Source of the DNA: Gracilinanus agilis
Taxonomy: Eukaryota
Reading direction: 5' to 3'
Assembly (NCBI RefSeq): GCF_016433145.1
Contig: NC_058134.1
Span: forward strand, 283,761,249-283,825,248
Length of the DNA stretch: 64,000 nt
This document shows, piece after piece, positions 47,720-58,966 of the stretch (positions within the stretch are counted from its first letter, which is position 1; each line of letters begins with the position of its first letter). Both the position numbers and the translations under genes were made by a program. The notes under the pieces were generated by a model. That model searched no databases and had not been told where the DNA came from. It saw only the letters and a list, made by a program, of their open reading frames with translations.

Positions 47720-50700
47720 AGATATTTCTGACAGTGATTTAGATGAAAGCAACAATCACATGCATATTTTTTTTTTTTGCTGGAACGTTGGCCTATAGAC
47801 AATAAGATGAAATTTAGTAGGAATAAGTACAAAATCCTGAACTTAAATAAAAGCAAAATAAACTGCTCAAGTATAGGATAGGGAAGATGCAACTAGATAG
47901 CAGCTATTTGTGATAAAGACCCAGCTGGCTTTAGTGGACTTCAACTTTAATAGGAGTTATTAGTGTGAAATTTTGGGGTTCAGTGTTTAGAACAATGAAG
48001 AACTCTTTTAAAGTAAAAAAGAAATTCCAGGATTTATTATATGTTATATAATATCATATAATATTATAATATGTTATACAATCTATATTATATGATAGCA
48101 GTTGGACTTAGAAATCTGTTGATTCAGGAAATGCATGAATTCAATAATGCTTTGAAATGGATGTGTATTTTCTCAACTACTTCATATACATTTAAAAAAT
48201 AGTAAGATAACCAAGAGGCATTATTTTATCTGCAGAAGGTATGTTTGATTATTTTATTTTTTATTTTTTTAAACCCTTACCTTCTGACTTGGAGTTGATA
48301 CAGAGTATTGGTTCTAAGACAGAAGAGTGATAAGGACTAAGCAATGGAGATTAACTGACTTGCCCAGGTTCACACAACTTGGAAATGTCTGAGGCCACTT
48401 TTAAACCCAGGACCTTCTGTCCCCAATTCTGGCTCTCTATCCACTAAATCATCTTGCTGACCCTCTTTGATCATTTGTTATACTGGACCATGCTGGTTAT
48501 TTTGTGGATGCTAAACAAATATCAAAATAACCATGCTTGGTGTGGATATTGATTTGTGGAGTCTTTGCAGTAATTCTTTAGACTCTAAAGGATCTGAACA
48601 CTTGCTCACAAGTTGCCTATTTAATAATAATAATAGCTAACATTCATATAGCTCTTTCTATATGCAGGCACTGTGCTTCTTTACAAATATATTATTTGAT
48701 CCTTATAACAACCCAAGGGAGCAGGTATTATTACTATCCCCATATTACAGGTGAAGAAACTGAGGCCAAGGTCATATGGCTAGTAAATGGCAGATTTGAA
48801 CTCAAGTCTTCCTGACTCCAGGCATGGTAGATCCACTATGCTACCTAGCTGTAAAAAAAAGTGTTTCCATCTGCATTCAGACATCAGTTTTTTCTCTGAA
48901 GGTAGATGATCATTTTTCATCACAAAAAATCCTTCAGAATTGTCTTGGGTCATTGTATTGATCAGAATAGCTATGTTATTCACAGTTGATCATCTTTAAA
49001 ATATTGCTGTTACCATGTATAATGTCCTCTTGGTTCAGCCTGCTTCACTTCCCATGAGTTCATAAAAGTCTTCCCAGGTTTTTCTTTCTTTTCCTTCTCC
49101 TTCTCCTTCTCCTTCTCCTTCTCCTTCTCCTTCTCCTTCTCCTTCTTTCTTCTTCTTTTTTTAAAAATAAAAACCCTTACTTTTAGTCTTGGAGTCAATG
49201 CTGTGTATTGGCTCCAAGGCTGAAGAGTGGTAAGGGGTAGGCAATGGGGGTTAAGTGACTTGCCCAGGGTCACACAGCTAGGAAGTGTCTTAGGCCAGAT
49301 ATGAACCTAGGACCTCCTCTTTCTAGGTCTGGCTCTCAATCCATTGGGTCATCCAGCTGCCCCTTCTAACCCCCTACTTTTGAAGCTTCTATCATATATA
49401 TGGATGACTTAATTGTGAGGGAACTTTTTTTAATATTAGGGAACATCAAATCTTGTAATTTTGACCCATGTTGCTCCCAGTTTTATTCTTTGGGACCAAA
49501 CAGAGCAAATCTAATATCACGGCATATATATATTTTGGTGGGATCTTAAACTGGGGCCTAAGAACTTATTTTAAATAAACATTTTGATAACTGTATTTCA
49601 ACATAATTAATTTCCTTTGCAATTCTATGTATTTTATTTTGTGCATTTAAAAATATTATTCATGAGGAGTTCATGGGCTTCACCAGACTGCCAAAGGGAT
49701 CAGTTACACCAGAGAAAGGTCCTCTCTTCCATGTGCAGAAGAAAGGGAAGTCCTGGAAACTGCAGTGGGGGCATGAGGGGATGGATTATGGGAAAACTCT
49801 GAGCCTGGAGCAAATTATGTTGTGGAAGAGGATGATTTTGGAGTGTCGGACATCTGGGTCTGTGGGAGGTCAGAGAAGAGAGCCTTTCTCCGTCTGTCCC
49901 TAGGACTGTGCCAGAGGCACTGCCAACTGCATCGTCTACAGCTGCCCACTGTACAGCTTTGACCGGGAGGCAGTGCTTCACGTCTGGGGCCGCCTATGGA
50001 ACAGCACTTTCCTGGAGGTAAAGCGTTCCTGTCCCCCCAAACATCGCTACCCCTGGGGAGCTGCCTTTCTCAGGCTTCTGTGATGGGAACAAGGGACCTT
50101 AGAGTAGCAAGTCCACCCCAGACCCCATTTTCCCCTCCTTTGGTGGAAACCAACTGTTTGGCTTCACTGTGCTGGAATTCACCTAAACGGCGGATGAATT
50201 TAAAGCTCTCTCTGAGACTTTATTTTTTGTCTTTGTGTACCCCGTCTTTAGCATCCTACCTGGACCCAGCAGGTGCTTTAACAAGGATCGGTGTTGAATT
50301 GTAGGGCACTTTTGGGAGATGAGGACACAAGGGGCCCCACAGAGGCTTGGGGGTTTGGATATGGGGGTGTGTGTGACTGGGCTCTGTCTTCTCTCTCCCT
50401 AAACCCCAGGAATACACAGACGTCAAGTCTCTGGATCTCATCGTCCGAGCCAACATCACTGTCAAGTCATCTATACAGAATCTGGTGCTCCGAGATTCCT
50501 ATACAGAGGTGAGGCCCAAGACTTGGGGGGGACAATTAATTCCTTCCTCTCTTTAGCTCTCCTCCATTCCTCCTACCATTTTGTTAACACTTCCCTTCGC
50601 AGATCCCTGTGGCTGTGTACCTAGACCCCATGGCTGTGGTGGCTGGTGGGGTCCCTTGGTGGGTCATCTTACTGGCTGTACTGGCTGGAATCCTGGTGTT

Positions 50701-52929
50701 GGCTCTGCTCGTCCTCCTTATGTGGAAGGTGAGAAGGAGGCGAGATTGGTGGCTCTGTTGGCCTCCTTCCCTGGGATCCCTGGGCAAGTCTGAATGTCCT
50801 CAGAAGGGACACACGGACTTTCAGATTCCCTTCTCCCTGTGTCATGGGCTAGCCAGAGAACCCTCCATTGGAGGGATTGTCCACAGAATCCCACCCACGG
50901 AGGGAAGGAGACACGCCAGCTAAGGCATGTCTCCCCTCACTCGCACTTGAAGCTCTGATGAGCTTTTGGAGCTACTTGGAGAAGCCGAGCCCTCTCTGAT
51001 GAGGGTGACCCTTCCCAATATCGACCCTGGACCTCTGCCTCCTGTTTTCACTGAAACTTGCAGGAATTTAAGGAATTATGTGACTCTCTCAGTCAGACAG
51101 ATAGAATATTCCAGGGATCTCAGAAATGCTCCCCCTCTTGCTCCTCCATCACCCCCTGCCCTTGGGCTTTCCCATCCCTTTTCTCTTTTGACCCTTTCCT
51201 CCTCCAATACTCCAGTGTGGTTTCTTTCATCGGAGCAGCCAAGGCCGGCAATTTGCCACCAATTATCACCGGGCCCATCTGGCTGTGCAGCCCTCAGCCG
51301 CAGACCAAGGGGGCCCAGGCACTGTGGGGTAAAAGAACTTTGTGTGACTGTGTGCACATCCTCCCAGTTGGGGAGGGCGGCCCCTTCTGCATTCGGGGGT
51401 CACGAGTGTGCGGAGGGAAGTGAGGAGCCGGCAGGGCATGTGAGCTTTCAGGACTCGGGGAGGAAAGTCTGTGCCCGAGTGTGGAAGGCTGAGCCTCTAC
51501 GGCTAGGGGAGTGGTGAAACGAGTGTGCAAAGACCTGGGAAGTGTGAGCATGTGGGAGCCCTGACAGATACCACGCATGTGTTCTAGGAGGCATGGAGTG
51601 CGAGGGGTGAGATGGCTTATGGAGGAGGGGCCCAGGATCTCGGGAGTTTGGGCATGTGGCTAGTTCCAGGCTGCTGTGGACAAGGGGTCTTGGCTCTGGA
51701 TAGTCTCAGGACTCTCTGCCTCCATTTACAAAGCTGAGAGTGTGCAGGGACTACAAATGGCCTGAGTGTAAGCCCACAGAGTGTGGCAGAGTGGTCAGTG
51801 TTAGGCTTGCAGTCAGGAGGTCTAGTTTCAAGACCAGAATGGCCACTGTGCCTTCCGGAGCCTCAAACTCTTCATCTGTAAAACGGGGACAACAAGATTG
51901 GTCCTCCATCATCCTTCACTGGCTGGTGGTGGGAAGAGTACTTTGTAACCTTAATGTGCCAGAGAAATAGGAGTGTGTCTGAAAGCCTGGGAAGGCGGCC
52001 AACGGAGCCAGTCAGGCACGGATCCAATGGGTACGATGGGTCCAGCCTCAGTGGGAGTCCGTGTTGGCATAGAGGGGCCAGTATGTAAAGGATGAGAAAT
52101 TCCTGAGTGGGTCAAGCCTGGCATGAGAAGTGGGCAGTGGCCAGCCTGAATGAGAACTATCTCAGCCATTGGTGTAGAGGAAGTAGAGAAATCCAATTAT
52201 AATAATAACTAGCATTGCTATAGCCTTTAAGGTTTGCAAAGCACTTTACAAATATTCTCTCACTTTATCCTAACAACATTCCTTGGAGGAAGTGCTTTAT
52301 TAGCACCCCCACTTTACAGATGGGAAAACAGGCAAACAGAGGTGAAGTAGCTTGCACAGAGTCACACAGCTAGGCAATATCTGAGGCTGGGTTTGAATTC
52401 ATGTCTTCCTGATGCTGGGCCTGGTGCTCTATCCACTTTGCTATTTAGCTTTTTATATCTATAGTAAAGGAATTTCTCTAACCTCCTCCTCACCTTAACC
52501 TCAAGTCCTCTTGACCCCTGACGAAGGAAGGAATCTGAGAGAATACTTCCTCGGCCTGTGAGCATTCAGGCCAGACAGTAATCATCTCTCTTGCCAGTTA
52601 TTCATTCCTTTCATCCTGGGGAGAGAGAGGGGGAGCCACTGACTGGAGTTGGGTGTCTTGGCTTTCCCAACCCTTTCCTTCTGGGGATCTTCTTTTAGGT
52701 GGGATTCTTCAAGAGGGCGAGGTACCCCGAGGCCACAGTGCCCCAGTACCATGCGGTAAAGATCCCCCGCGAGGACCGGCAGCTTTTCAAGGAGGAGAAG
52801 ACAGGCACCATCTTGAGGAACAACTGGGGTAGCCCCCGGAGAGAGAGTATTGATGGACACCCTATTTTGGGTCCTGATGGGCACTCAGAACTGGGAACCA
52901 GCGGACATCCAGAGCTGGGAACTGCCTAG
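26890..52929 (+). CDS. ITGA7: Integrin alpha-7 (X2B isoform about 1126 aa; X1/X2 and A/B variants encoded)
   Basis: Exons 26890-27077, ~32920-33047 (first 4 nt and acceptor in N gap), 33153-33232, 35686-35941, [X1 36482-36613 or X2 36908-37027], 38572-38779, 39041-39234, 39386-39474, 39628-39755, 40929-41024, 41501-41562, 41681-41850, 42184-42333, 42447-42562, 43060-43252, 43337-43417, 43518-43597, 43749-43823, 44060-44162, 46022-46198, 46434-46550, 49904-50017, 50410-50508, 50603-50728, [alpha7A 51216-51328], 52699-52929. Mature N-terminus FNLDV, FG-GAP repeats, DLNNDG/DLNQDG/DVDGN cation sites, furin site RKRR, transmembrane helix and GFFKR. Confidence 0.97.
28890..29470 (+). repeat. Degenerate purine-biased tandem array in ITGA7 intron 1
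   Basis: Recurring core YYAGACTGAGAGAA-like at 28899, 29015, 29113, 29348 and weaker at 29301 and 29439, interspersed with cccYcagaga-like subunits. Confidence 0.6.
34545..35020 (-). mobile_element. L2 fragment (others at ~15700-16200, 16850-17090, 20980-21260)
   Basis: Typical L2 degenerate motifs such as aaactcctggtgttttaagcc...tctggctccagcc...ctgtaagctccttgaggacagg. Strand call uncertain. Confidence 0.5.
35041..35190 (-). mobile_element. Young 5'-truncated SINE with target-site duplication
   Basis: Flanked by ATTAGCAAACACTTTTTT at 35023-35040 and 35191-35208. It differs from the 58781-58966 copy at only 2 positions over the shared ~145 nt. Confidence 0.9.
36482..36613 (+). CDS. ITGA7: ITGA7 alternative exon X1 (132 nt)
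   Basis: [44 protein letters not shown], phase 1-1. Branch-like CACTAAAT precedes a weak pyrimidine tract. Confidence 0.95.
36908..37027 (+). CDS. ITGA7: ITGA7 alternative exon X2 (120 nt)
   Basis: [40 protein letters not shown], phase 1-1. Confidence 0.95.
37717..38085 (+). repeat. GA-rich compound repeat with ~136-bp higher-order period
   Basis: gagaggtagataggcagagagaaacac at 37717 and 37853, with a degenerate third copy near 37975. It abuts an N gap. Confidence 0.85.
44548..44730 (+). mobile_element. Old hAT-type MITE fragment (second copy at ~49540-49725 on minus strand)
   Basis: Shared core cttctgagaatcatgttttaaaagacataaaataaaatacat...ttttattgaaat...tcaaaat is present as a diverged reverse complement at 49580-49700. 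Confidence 0.55.
46919..46978. repeat. (CA)n microsatellite
   Basis: About 30 CA units with one interruption. Other microsatellites: (CAG)n 198-214, (TATG)n ~2889-2909, (CA)n ~17200-17227, (CT)n ~47648-47717, (CCTTCT)n ~49093-49146, (GA)n ~53978-54018, (TATCTC)n ~57310-57360. Confidence 0.95.
51216..51328 (+). CDS. ITGA7: ITGA7 alpha7A cassette exon (113 nt, frame-shifting)
   Basis: CAG|TGT GGT TTC TTT CAT CGG encodes [38 protein letters not shown], with donor GG|GTAAAA. It continues in the shifted frame of the last exon as [19 protein letters not shown]-stop (TAA 52757-52759). Confidence 0.93.
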
Positions 52930-53417
52930 CTCAGCTCTTCACTTCTCCCTGGCATGGCTCTGCCATTTATCTTTTCTCTGGTCCTCAGGGCAGCCTGCTT
53001 CCTCACAGCCTCCTAAAGATGCCTTCATAAGGAGGAGAGCATGGGTGCCGGGGGAGTGGTTGTCTACAGAGTCGCCTTACCAAAAGGGTCCAGGATCACT
53101 GACTCTTCCCCCTGCCTTGCTGCTCTCTCTCCTGTTTATTTCTGCCTTCATAATCTTCTCATTGGTTCTGGAAGCTTATGGAGGCAGAGTCAGGGAGAGA
53201 GGAAGCAGGACCACTATGCCAGTGATGTGAAGAAGGGGAGAGAGAAAGAATCATGGTTCTCTTTACTTCTGTTTATTCTTGAAAAACCATGTCCCTTGTG
53301 CCTCCCTGGAAGTGCCTTAGCCTTGGCAGGAAGGAGAAGGTGAGGCTGCCCCTGGGACTCCTCCTACACACCCTAGACACCACTTTGCTGGGCTGACTCA
53401 GTGGTTTTTGTCTATTT

Positions 53418-53423
53418 ATTAAA
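53418..53423 (+). terminator. ITGA7 polyadenylation signal ATTAAA (overlaps minus-strand AATAAA at 53415-53420)
   Basis: TTTATTAAA at 53415-53423, about 490 nt after the ITGA7 stop. Confidence 0.65.
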
Positions 53424-53974
53424 AAGTATTTAAGTACCACATTAAGAGCCCCTTTACTTGTCCCCCTGATATTATTGTCCCGGTTCTCTGCTCCTATATT
53501 TTCCGTACCACCCTGAGCGTGAGGTGGGACTGACAGATCAATCCAGGGATTTCTGGTCACAGACTTTATTAGGGATCCAGGGAAGAGATGACATGAGCAA
53601 GTTTGGGGCTGGGGAGAGGAGAGGAAACCTGGATGGGAAGAAGGAAGAGGGAAAGAATAGCTTGGGGTGTTAGGCAGAGAGAGGAGAGAAAGAGGAAGGA
53701 GGGGAAAGAGAAGGGAGAGAAGAGGAGAGAGATATGTATGGATAAATGTCTACCCCTGAGTCCAGGGATCAGTTCATGAAACTACAAGTGAAGAGGGTTG
53801 TGGTGGAGCCAAGGGAGGGATAATTGGGAGACAGGTATTGAGGAAGAGGAGGGGGCCTGATGGGAGAGCAGCAGAGAGGGTAAGAGAAGTGAGGAGGCCC
53901 AACTAAGGAAGGAGAAGCCCCAAGTGAGAGGAAAGGACAGAGAAGTCATGGGCCTCCCCTTCCAAGTGGGGGGG

Positions 53975-54018
<44 letters not shown>

Positions 54019-54077
54019 AGGCTGGAGTGGAAGAAGGGAGGGATGGAATAACTCAGTTGGTCTTATGGGCCCTAAGA

Positions 54078-55512
54078 TCATTTCACAGCCAGTCCTATGA
54101 TGTGGGGACCAACTGGTAGCCACTTGAAGGGAGGGGGTTGCCATTTTAGTTGTAGTTTAGAAAACTTGGCTCTCTCCAGCTCTTTCCAGGTCTCCCTGGT
54201 GAGGTAGCAGCCATCTCCAATGTGCTTCCAGGTGGGTTCGACCACCCGCTGCCACAACAAGCCCCAACTTCCAGGGGGCTCAGCCACGTGCTCCCAAAAA
54301 AAGAAGATACCTCCCTTGGGCGGGAGGGAAGAGTTACAAAGTCACTCAGGGGTGGGCCTTTTTCTACTCCCCCTACTCTCCTCAACCTCTGGTGTTTTTA
54401 AACTGAGGGCTATAACCTTTGGAAAAGGAAGGGTAGGGTCCAAGCCTTTTTTCCCCTTTAATCCTTTCTAGTACCTCTTCTCCTTCCCCCATCTTCCTCC
54501 CCCCAGTCAAAGTCCCCAATCTTTTTATTTACCACACTGTATTTGAATGAGGGGTACATTCCCAGGATCCAATGGGAAGGCCCTGCCTTGAGAGGCAGGG
54601 GCCTCAGGGTGTAGAGTTGACTGCCTTGAATTTGCTTGAGTAAATTTCTTAATCACTTGGTGTTTTAGTTTTTTTCATCCAACAATCCAGACTTCCCAAA
54701 TATTTATTTAGCGCCTACTGAATACAAGGCACTGGAGTGGTAGGCTTTAGGGTGCCTATGTAAACAGCCCCTTACCTAAGGTTGCAGATTAACAAAGGCA
54801 AGAGAGGGGGCTCTGGATCAAGGAAGAGAACTAACAAAATGCTCTAGGGAAAGTTTGAGAAAGGAGAGAACTTAGAATTGGGGGGAATCAGAGAAGACTG
54901 TGGCAATGGCAGCCCATGAATCCAGCACCTTAGCATTCTTGAAGAATGATGAGGATTTGGAAGGCAAGGAGGGAATAAGGTCACAGTATGGTGGGGGAGG
55001 GCTGGAGGGAGGGATCCATTTGTGTAGGTCAGTGATTCCCAAAGTGGGCGCTAGCACCCCCTGGTGGGTGCTGCATCGATCCAGGAAGGCTGTGATGGCC
55101 ACACTTTTTTTGTAATACATTCTATTCTGAGTTCAATAAATAGTTTCATAATTTCCAGGGGGCTAAGTAATATTTTTTCTGGAAAGGGGGCAGTAGGCCA
55201 AAAAAGTTTGGGAACCACTATAGGTGATCGGCACCCTTACCACTCCTGGGCTAAGGACGGTCCCTAGCCCGGATGAAAAAGGAGGAGGGTTGGGCGTGGG
55301 GCTAGCAACCCCACCCTGTAAAAACTACATCTGCTAAAGAAACGGCAACCTAAAGTAGGGGCAGCTGGGCTAGCTCAGTGGATTGAGAGCCAGGCCTAGA
55401 GACGAAAGGTCCTAGGTTCAAGTCCGGGCTCAGACACTTCCCAGCTGGGTGACCCTGAGCGACCCACTGCCTACTAGGTTGTGGCCCTATGCTCCTAGAA
55501 TGGAGTCCCAGG

Positions 55513-55546
<34 letters not shown>

Positions 55547-58318
55547 TGATCGGAGCTTGGAGATGTATGTTGGGTTTGGATAATAATCCATACTCTGCCC
55601 TGGTCCAACCTCTCCTGGTATGTGTTGGGTTCAGTTCTGAAGAGCACATTTTAGGCAGGATTCTAAACCTTGTCATTTAAGATAAGTCAAAGGAACTGGG
55701 TCAGAGGGATGCTTAACCTGGAGGAGGTCCTTGGGGGGGTGTGTGGATGGGAGAGGAGATGGCCGTCTTCAAATATTTGAAGGGCTTTCTTGCCTAAGAC
55801 ACACAGGAGATAGACTGCTAGAGTTGGATATCTGGGTTCAAATACTGCCTGAGAAATGGCTTAGTTTGTATGATTGTGGGCAAGACCTTTCTCAGGGTCC
55901 GATTTTCCTAGTGAGAGACTGGGAGTAATGTGGCTTAGTCTATGAGCTGCTTGACCAGGAGTAAGTCACTTAATCTCTCTGAGTCAGTTTTCCCCTCTGG
56001 AAATGAGGGAGTTGGCCCCCAAGGACCTGTAGGGTCCCTTCCAGCTTCAGAGCTAATTACCTGCGAAAGGGGAACACAAATGGTTATACTATTTCCTCCC
56101 AAGATTATAAGGGCAAGGACTTCGCAGAGCCTCATGATGCTGCACAGACTTGAGATGAGTATTATTAGGAGTGAATTTGTGGGGCTCCAGAAGACCAAAC
56201 CAATATCAACAGGTCAAAGTTATAGAAAGGTTCAACGTAAGGGAGAACTATATTTGGACTGCCTTGACAGTTGCCGAGTTTCTCATCACTGGCAATGTTC
56301 AAGTAGAAGCTGTGTGAATACTTGTTGAGGATATCCTAGAAGTTATTCATGCCTTGGAAGGGAAGGTGATGGGGGGGTGTTTCCTCAACTTCTCATGTTT
56401 AATAACCGCCCAAGGAGTCAGGATTAGTTGAGAGCCCTAAACTCCTGGGTCCCTTCTAATGTGGAGATTCTGCTAATGGAACATCTGCTCTCCTCCCTTT
56501 ACAGGCTGTTGGGAAGGGCAAATTTAAGGGCCACAATTAAGAAAGTACTTTGGAAGGCCGAGCTACCCATTGACAAGAGGTTGTTACAGAGGTGCCACGT
56601 TTTTAGTAATGGTGGTTTGTTTATGAAGAGGCTGCTTCTTACAAAGAGACCTCTGGCTAGACAGCCCTTTTCTTTCCTCCCCTTCCACCTCCCACTTTAG
56701 TTCAGGGACAATCACATGGGTTCTCAGTGGGAATGATGTCCCTGGGGCCCATGTCAGTATTCCTCTGGCTCCTCAGGGGCTTACCAGAGTCAGGAGACCT
56801 GGATTTAAATCTTGGCTTTGACCTGTGCCACTGAGCTAATCACTTCCCCTGTCAAACTCAATTTCCTTGTCTATAAAGTGGGCATATGATATTTATAAAT
56901 CTGTTTCATGGGGCTGTTGTGTGGAAAACAACAAAAACCTTAAAGGTTTTTCAATATGAGTTATTATTATTAGACAATTCACTTTCTCTCTCCATAAAAC
57001 GAGGGGCTTGCCTCATTTGTCAGGAGGATCTTTTTCAACTCTAAATCTTTGCTCTCATGATCATGGCCAGAATAACTCTGCAGTCCTTCTCAGTGAAGCT
57101 ATTTCTTTCCCTTGTGGTTGGGATTTGGGCTACTGGGGCTGGGAAGAGGAGGTTGAAGGAACCTTTGCTGGGCAGTGGGGATGGACATAGGATGAAAGGG
57201 TTCTTTTCATTCAGGCTTCCCTCCTCCTTTGTTCCTGCTGATCTAATGAGAGGTGGTGAGTAGCACGGCTTCGTCTGACCAGGAGTAAGTCACTCTCTCT
57301 GTATCAGTTTCTCTATATCTCTGTATCTCTGTATCTCTGTATCTCTATCTCTCTGTATCAATTTTCCCCTCTGTAAAATGAGGGAGTTGGCCCCGAGGAC
57401 CTGTGAGGTCCCTTGCAGCTTTAGATCTCGTATCCTCGTATAGATGGTTTGGGTCCTAAGCACATTAGACTGTGGGCCCCCTTCCCAATATTTTCTTAGC
57501 GTTGCTATCAAGCTAGTCTTAAAGGCCACACCTTGCTACCACTGGAAAATTGTATTCTTGTAAATATTTCAGGTCTTTCAAAATGCCAAGTAAGGACCCT
57601 TTCCTCCATCTTTGTAGATTCTGGGCCCCCAAACACCAGGATCCCTGGATAGCACAGGACTGCTTGATTACCCAGATCTGCTTACTCCCAGATGACTCTG
57701 CTCTCCTCATTCTGTTGCCTCTAGAAATAATGCCTCTGCACCTGCGATGTCTCAGGGTCTCTTCCCATTACTCACGCATTCCCTGACCCTCCTTCCCAGC
57801 TCCATAGCCGTCATACTCACTGGTTTTAGCACCCTCTGGACTTCCTGCAGGACCTTCTTTGGGCTCTGGACTGAGCACAGGACCAGGGTGCAGACCACCA
57901 CATCCATGGAGCCATCAGCCACTTGACTCATATCCTCCCCTGGAGCCACTAGAAACTGTTCATATTGAAGATGCTTGTTTTTGGCCATACTCTTTGCCAG
58001 GAACTTCTCAAAGTGGGGGTTCGGATCAATGCAAGTGACCCTGCAACCAGCTGGGTAGAACTCAAAGTTGGCACCTGTACCACAGCCAAGTTCAAGCAAT
58101 GCCACCTGCCCGGAGGCTCCAGCCAGCTCCTTTATCTGGCTAAAGAGCTCCCGTTTCTTACCCTCCATCTTCTGGTTGCTCCTGAGAGTCAGTGCTGCCA
58201 TTAGATAGGGGAAGTACTTACTACATATGGGTTTCCAGCAGCCCAGCAGGGCAAGCAGGTGAAGGGGCAGAGTCAGAAGGAACAGGATGGTCTGGAGAAC
58301 AAAAACTAGGACATCCAT
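54078..58318 (-). CDS. TMT1B: Thiol methyltransferase 1B (METTL7B), 244 aa, 2 exons
   Basis: Exons (minus) 58318-57821 (498 nt) and 54314-54078 (237 nt). Hydrophobic N-terminal anchor, SAM motif LELGCGTGANF, DVVVCTLVLCSV, RVLKPGGIFFFWEHV and C-terminal PHIIGLAVK. The order next to ITGA7 matches METTL7B. Confidence 0.95.
55030..55220 (+). mobile_element. Non-autonomous hAT/Charlie-like MITE
   Basis: Imperfect terminal inverted repeats CAGTGATTCCCAAA (55030) and TTTGGGAACCACTA (ending 55220), about 190 bp. TSD only partly recognisable (taggt on both sides). Confidence 0.7.
55232..55544 (+). mobile_element. Chimeric retroposon: RTE-like 5' head + tRNA-SINE body + foreign tail + A30
   Basis: Direct repeat AGGTGATCGG at 55222-55231 and 55544-55553. 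Head 55232-55357, SINE body 55358-55471, tail 55472-55514, poly-A 55515-55544. Confidence 0.8.
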
Positions 58319-58419
58319 AGTCGGGCCCTGGGGGAGTTCTCTGCTACTCTGGGACTGGATTTCTTCTTTCTGCCTGGCACTCTTTAAACTTTCAAACTTT
58401 GTTCCCTCTACAATGTTTA

Positions 58420-58425
58420 TTTATA
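58420..58425 (-). promoter_or_regulatory. Candidate TATA box of TMT1B
   Basis: Minus strand TATAAATAAACA about 100 nt upstream of the ATG. It overlaps a forkhead-like TGTTTATTTA on +. Confidence 0.5.
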
Positions 58426-58780
58426 GTTAAACTTTACTCTCGGCTCACGGGGACTCTTTCCTCCTACAACCCAGCTAAGTGGATTATAGGAGTGAGATGG
58501 GGAAAGAGGTGGAGGAGTTTGGAATTCTTCCAGAATGCAATTCTGCCCTTTTTTGGTACTTTTCCATCCTGGGGGAAGGGACAGGCATGGCCTGAGGCCT
58601 TGAACAATGCTCAGTGGCCTGATGTTCTACTGAGATTTAAGAGTCAGAGATGTGCTGGAGCTAGCTTACAGGGACTTGTAAGAACCAATGATTAAAATTC
58701 CAATTAAAATTCAGTAAAATGAATTTATATCTAGGAAATCAAGAAATGGTTCAAATCAGGATTTGGTTGATTGTTTTGTT

Positions 58781-58966
58781 TTTTTTTTTAAACCCTTGTA
58801 CTTCGGTGTATTGTCTCATAGGTGGAAGGTTGGTAAGGGTGGGCAATGGGGGTCAAGTGACTTGCCCAGGGTCACACAGCTGGGAAGTGGCTGAGGCCGG
58901 GTTTGAACCTAGGACCTCCTGTCTCTAGGCCTGACTCTCACTCCACTGAGCTACCCAGCTGCCCCT
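58781..58966 (-). mobile_element. Young full-length SINE with 16-bp target-site duplication
   Basis: GGTTGATTGTTTTGTT at 58765-58780 and 58967-58982, with intact head and poly-A tail. Inserted into an older DNA-transposon remnant. Confidence 0.9.

Noticed and set aside
55260-55345. Hammerhead ribozyme in the retroposon head (CGGATGA ... GAAAC)
   Set aside because: The core deviates from CUGANGA and I could not build the three flanking helices. Left as a testable possibility only.
56208-56235. Nuclear-receptor DR1-like site AGGTCAAAGTTA in the TMT1B intron
   Set aside because: A single imperfect match is expected by chance in 64 kb.
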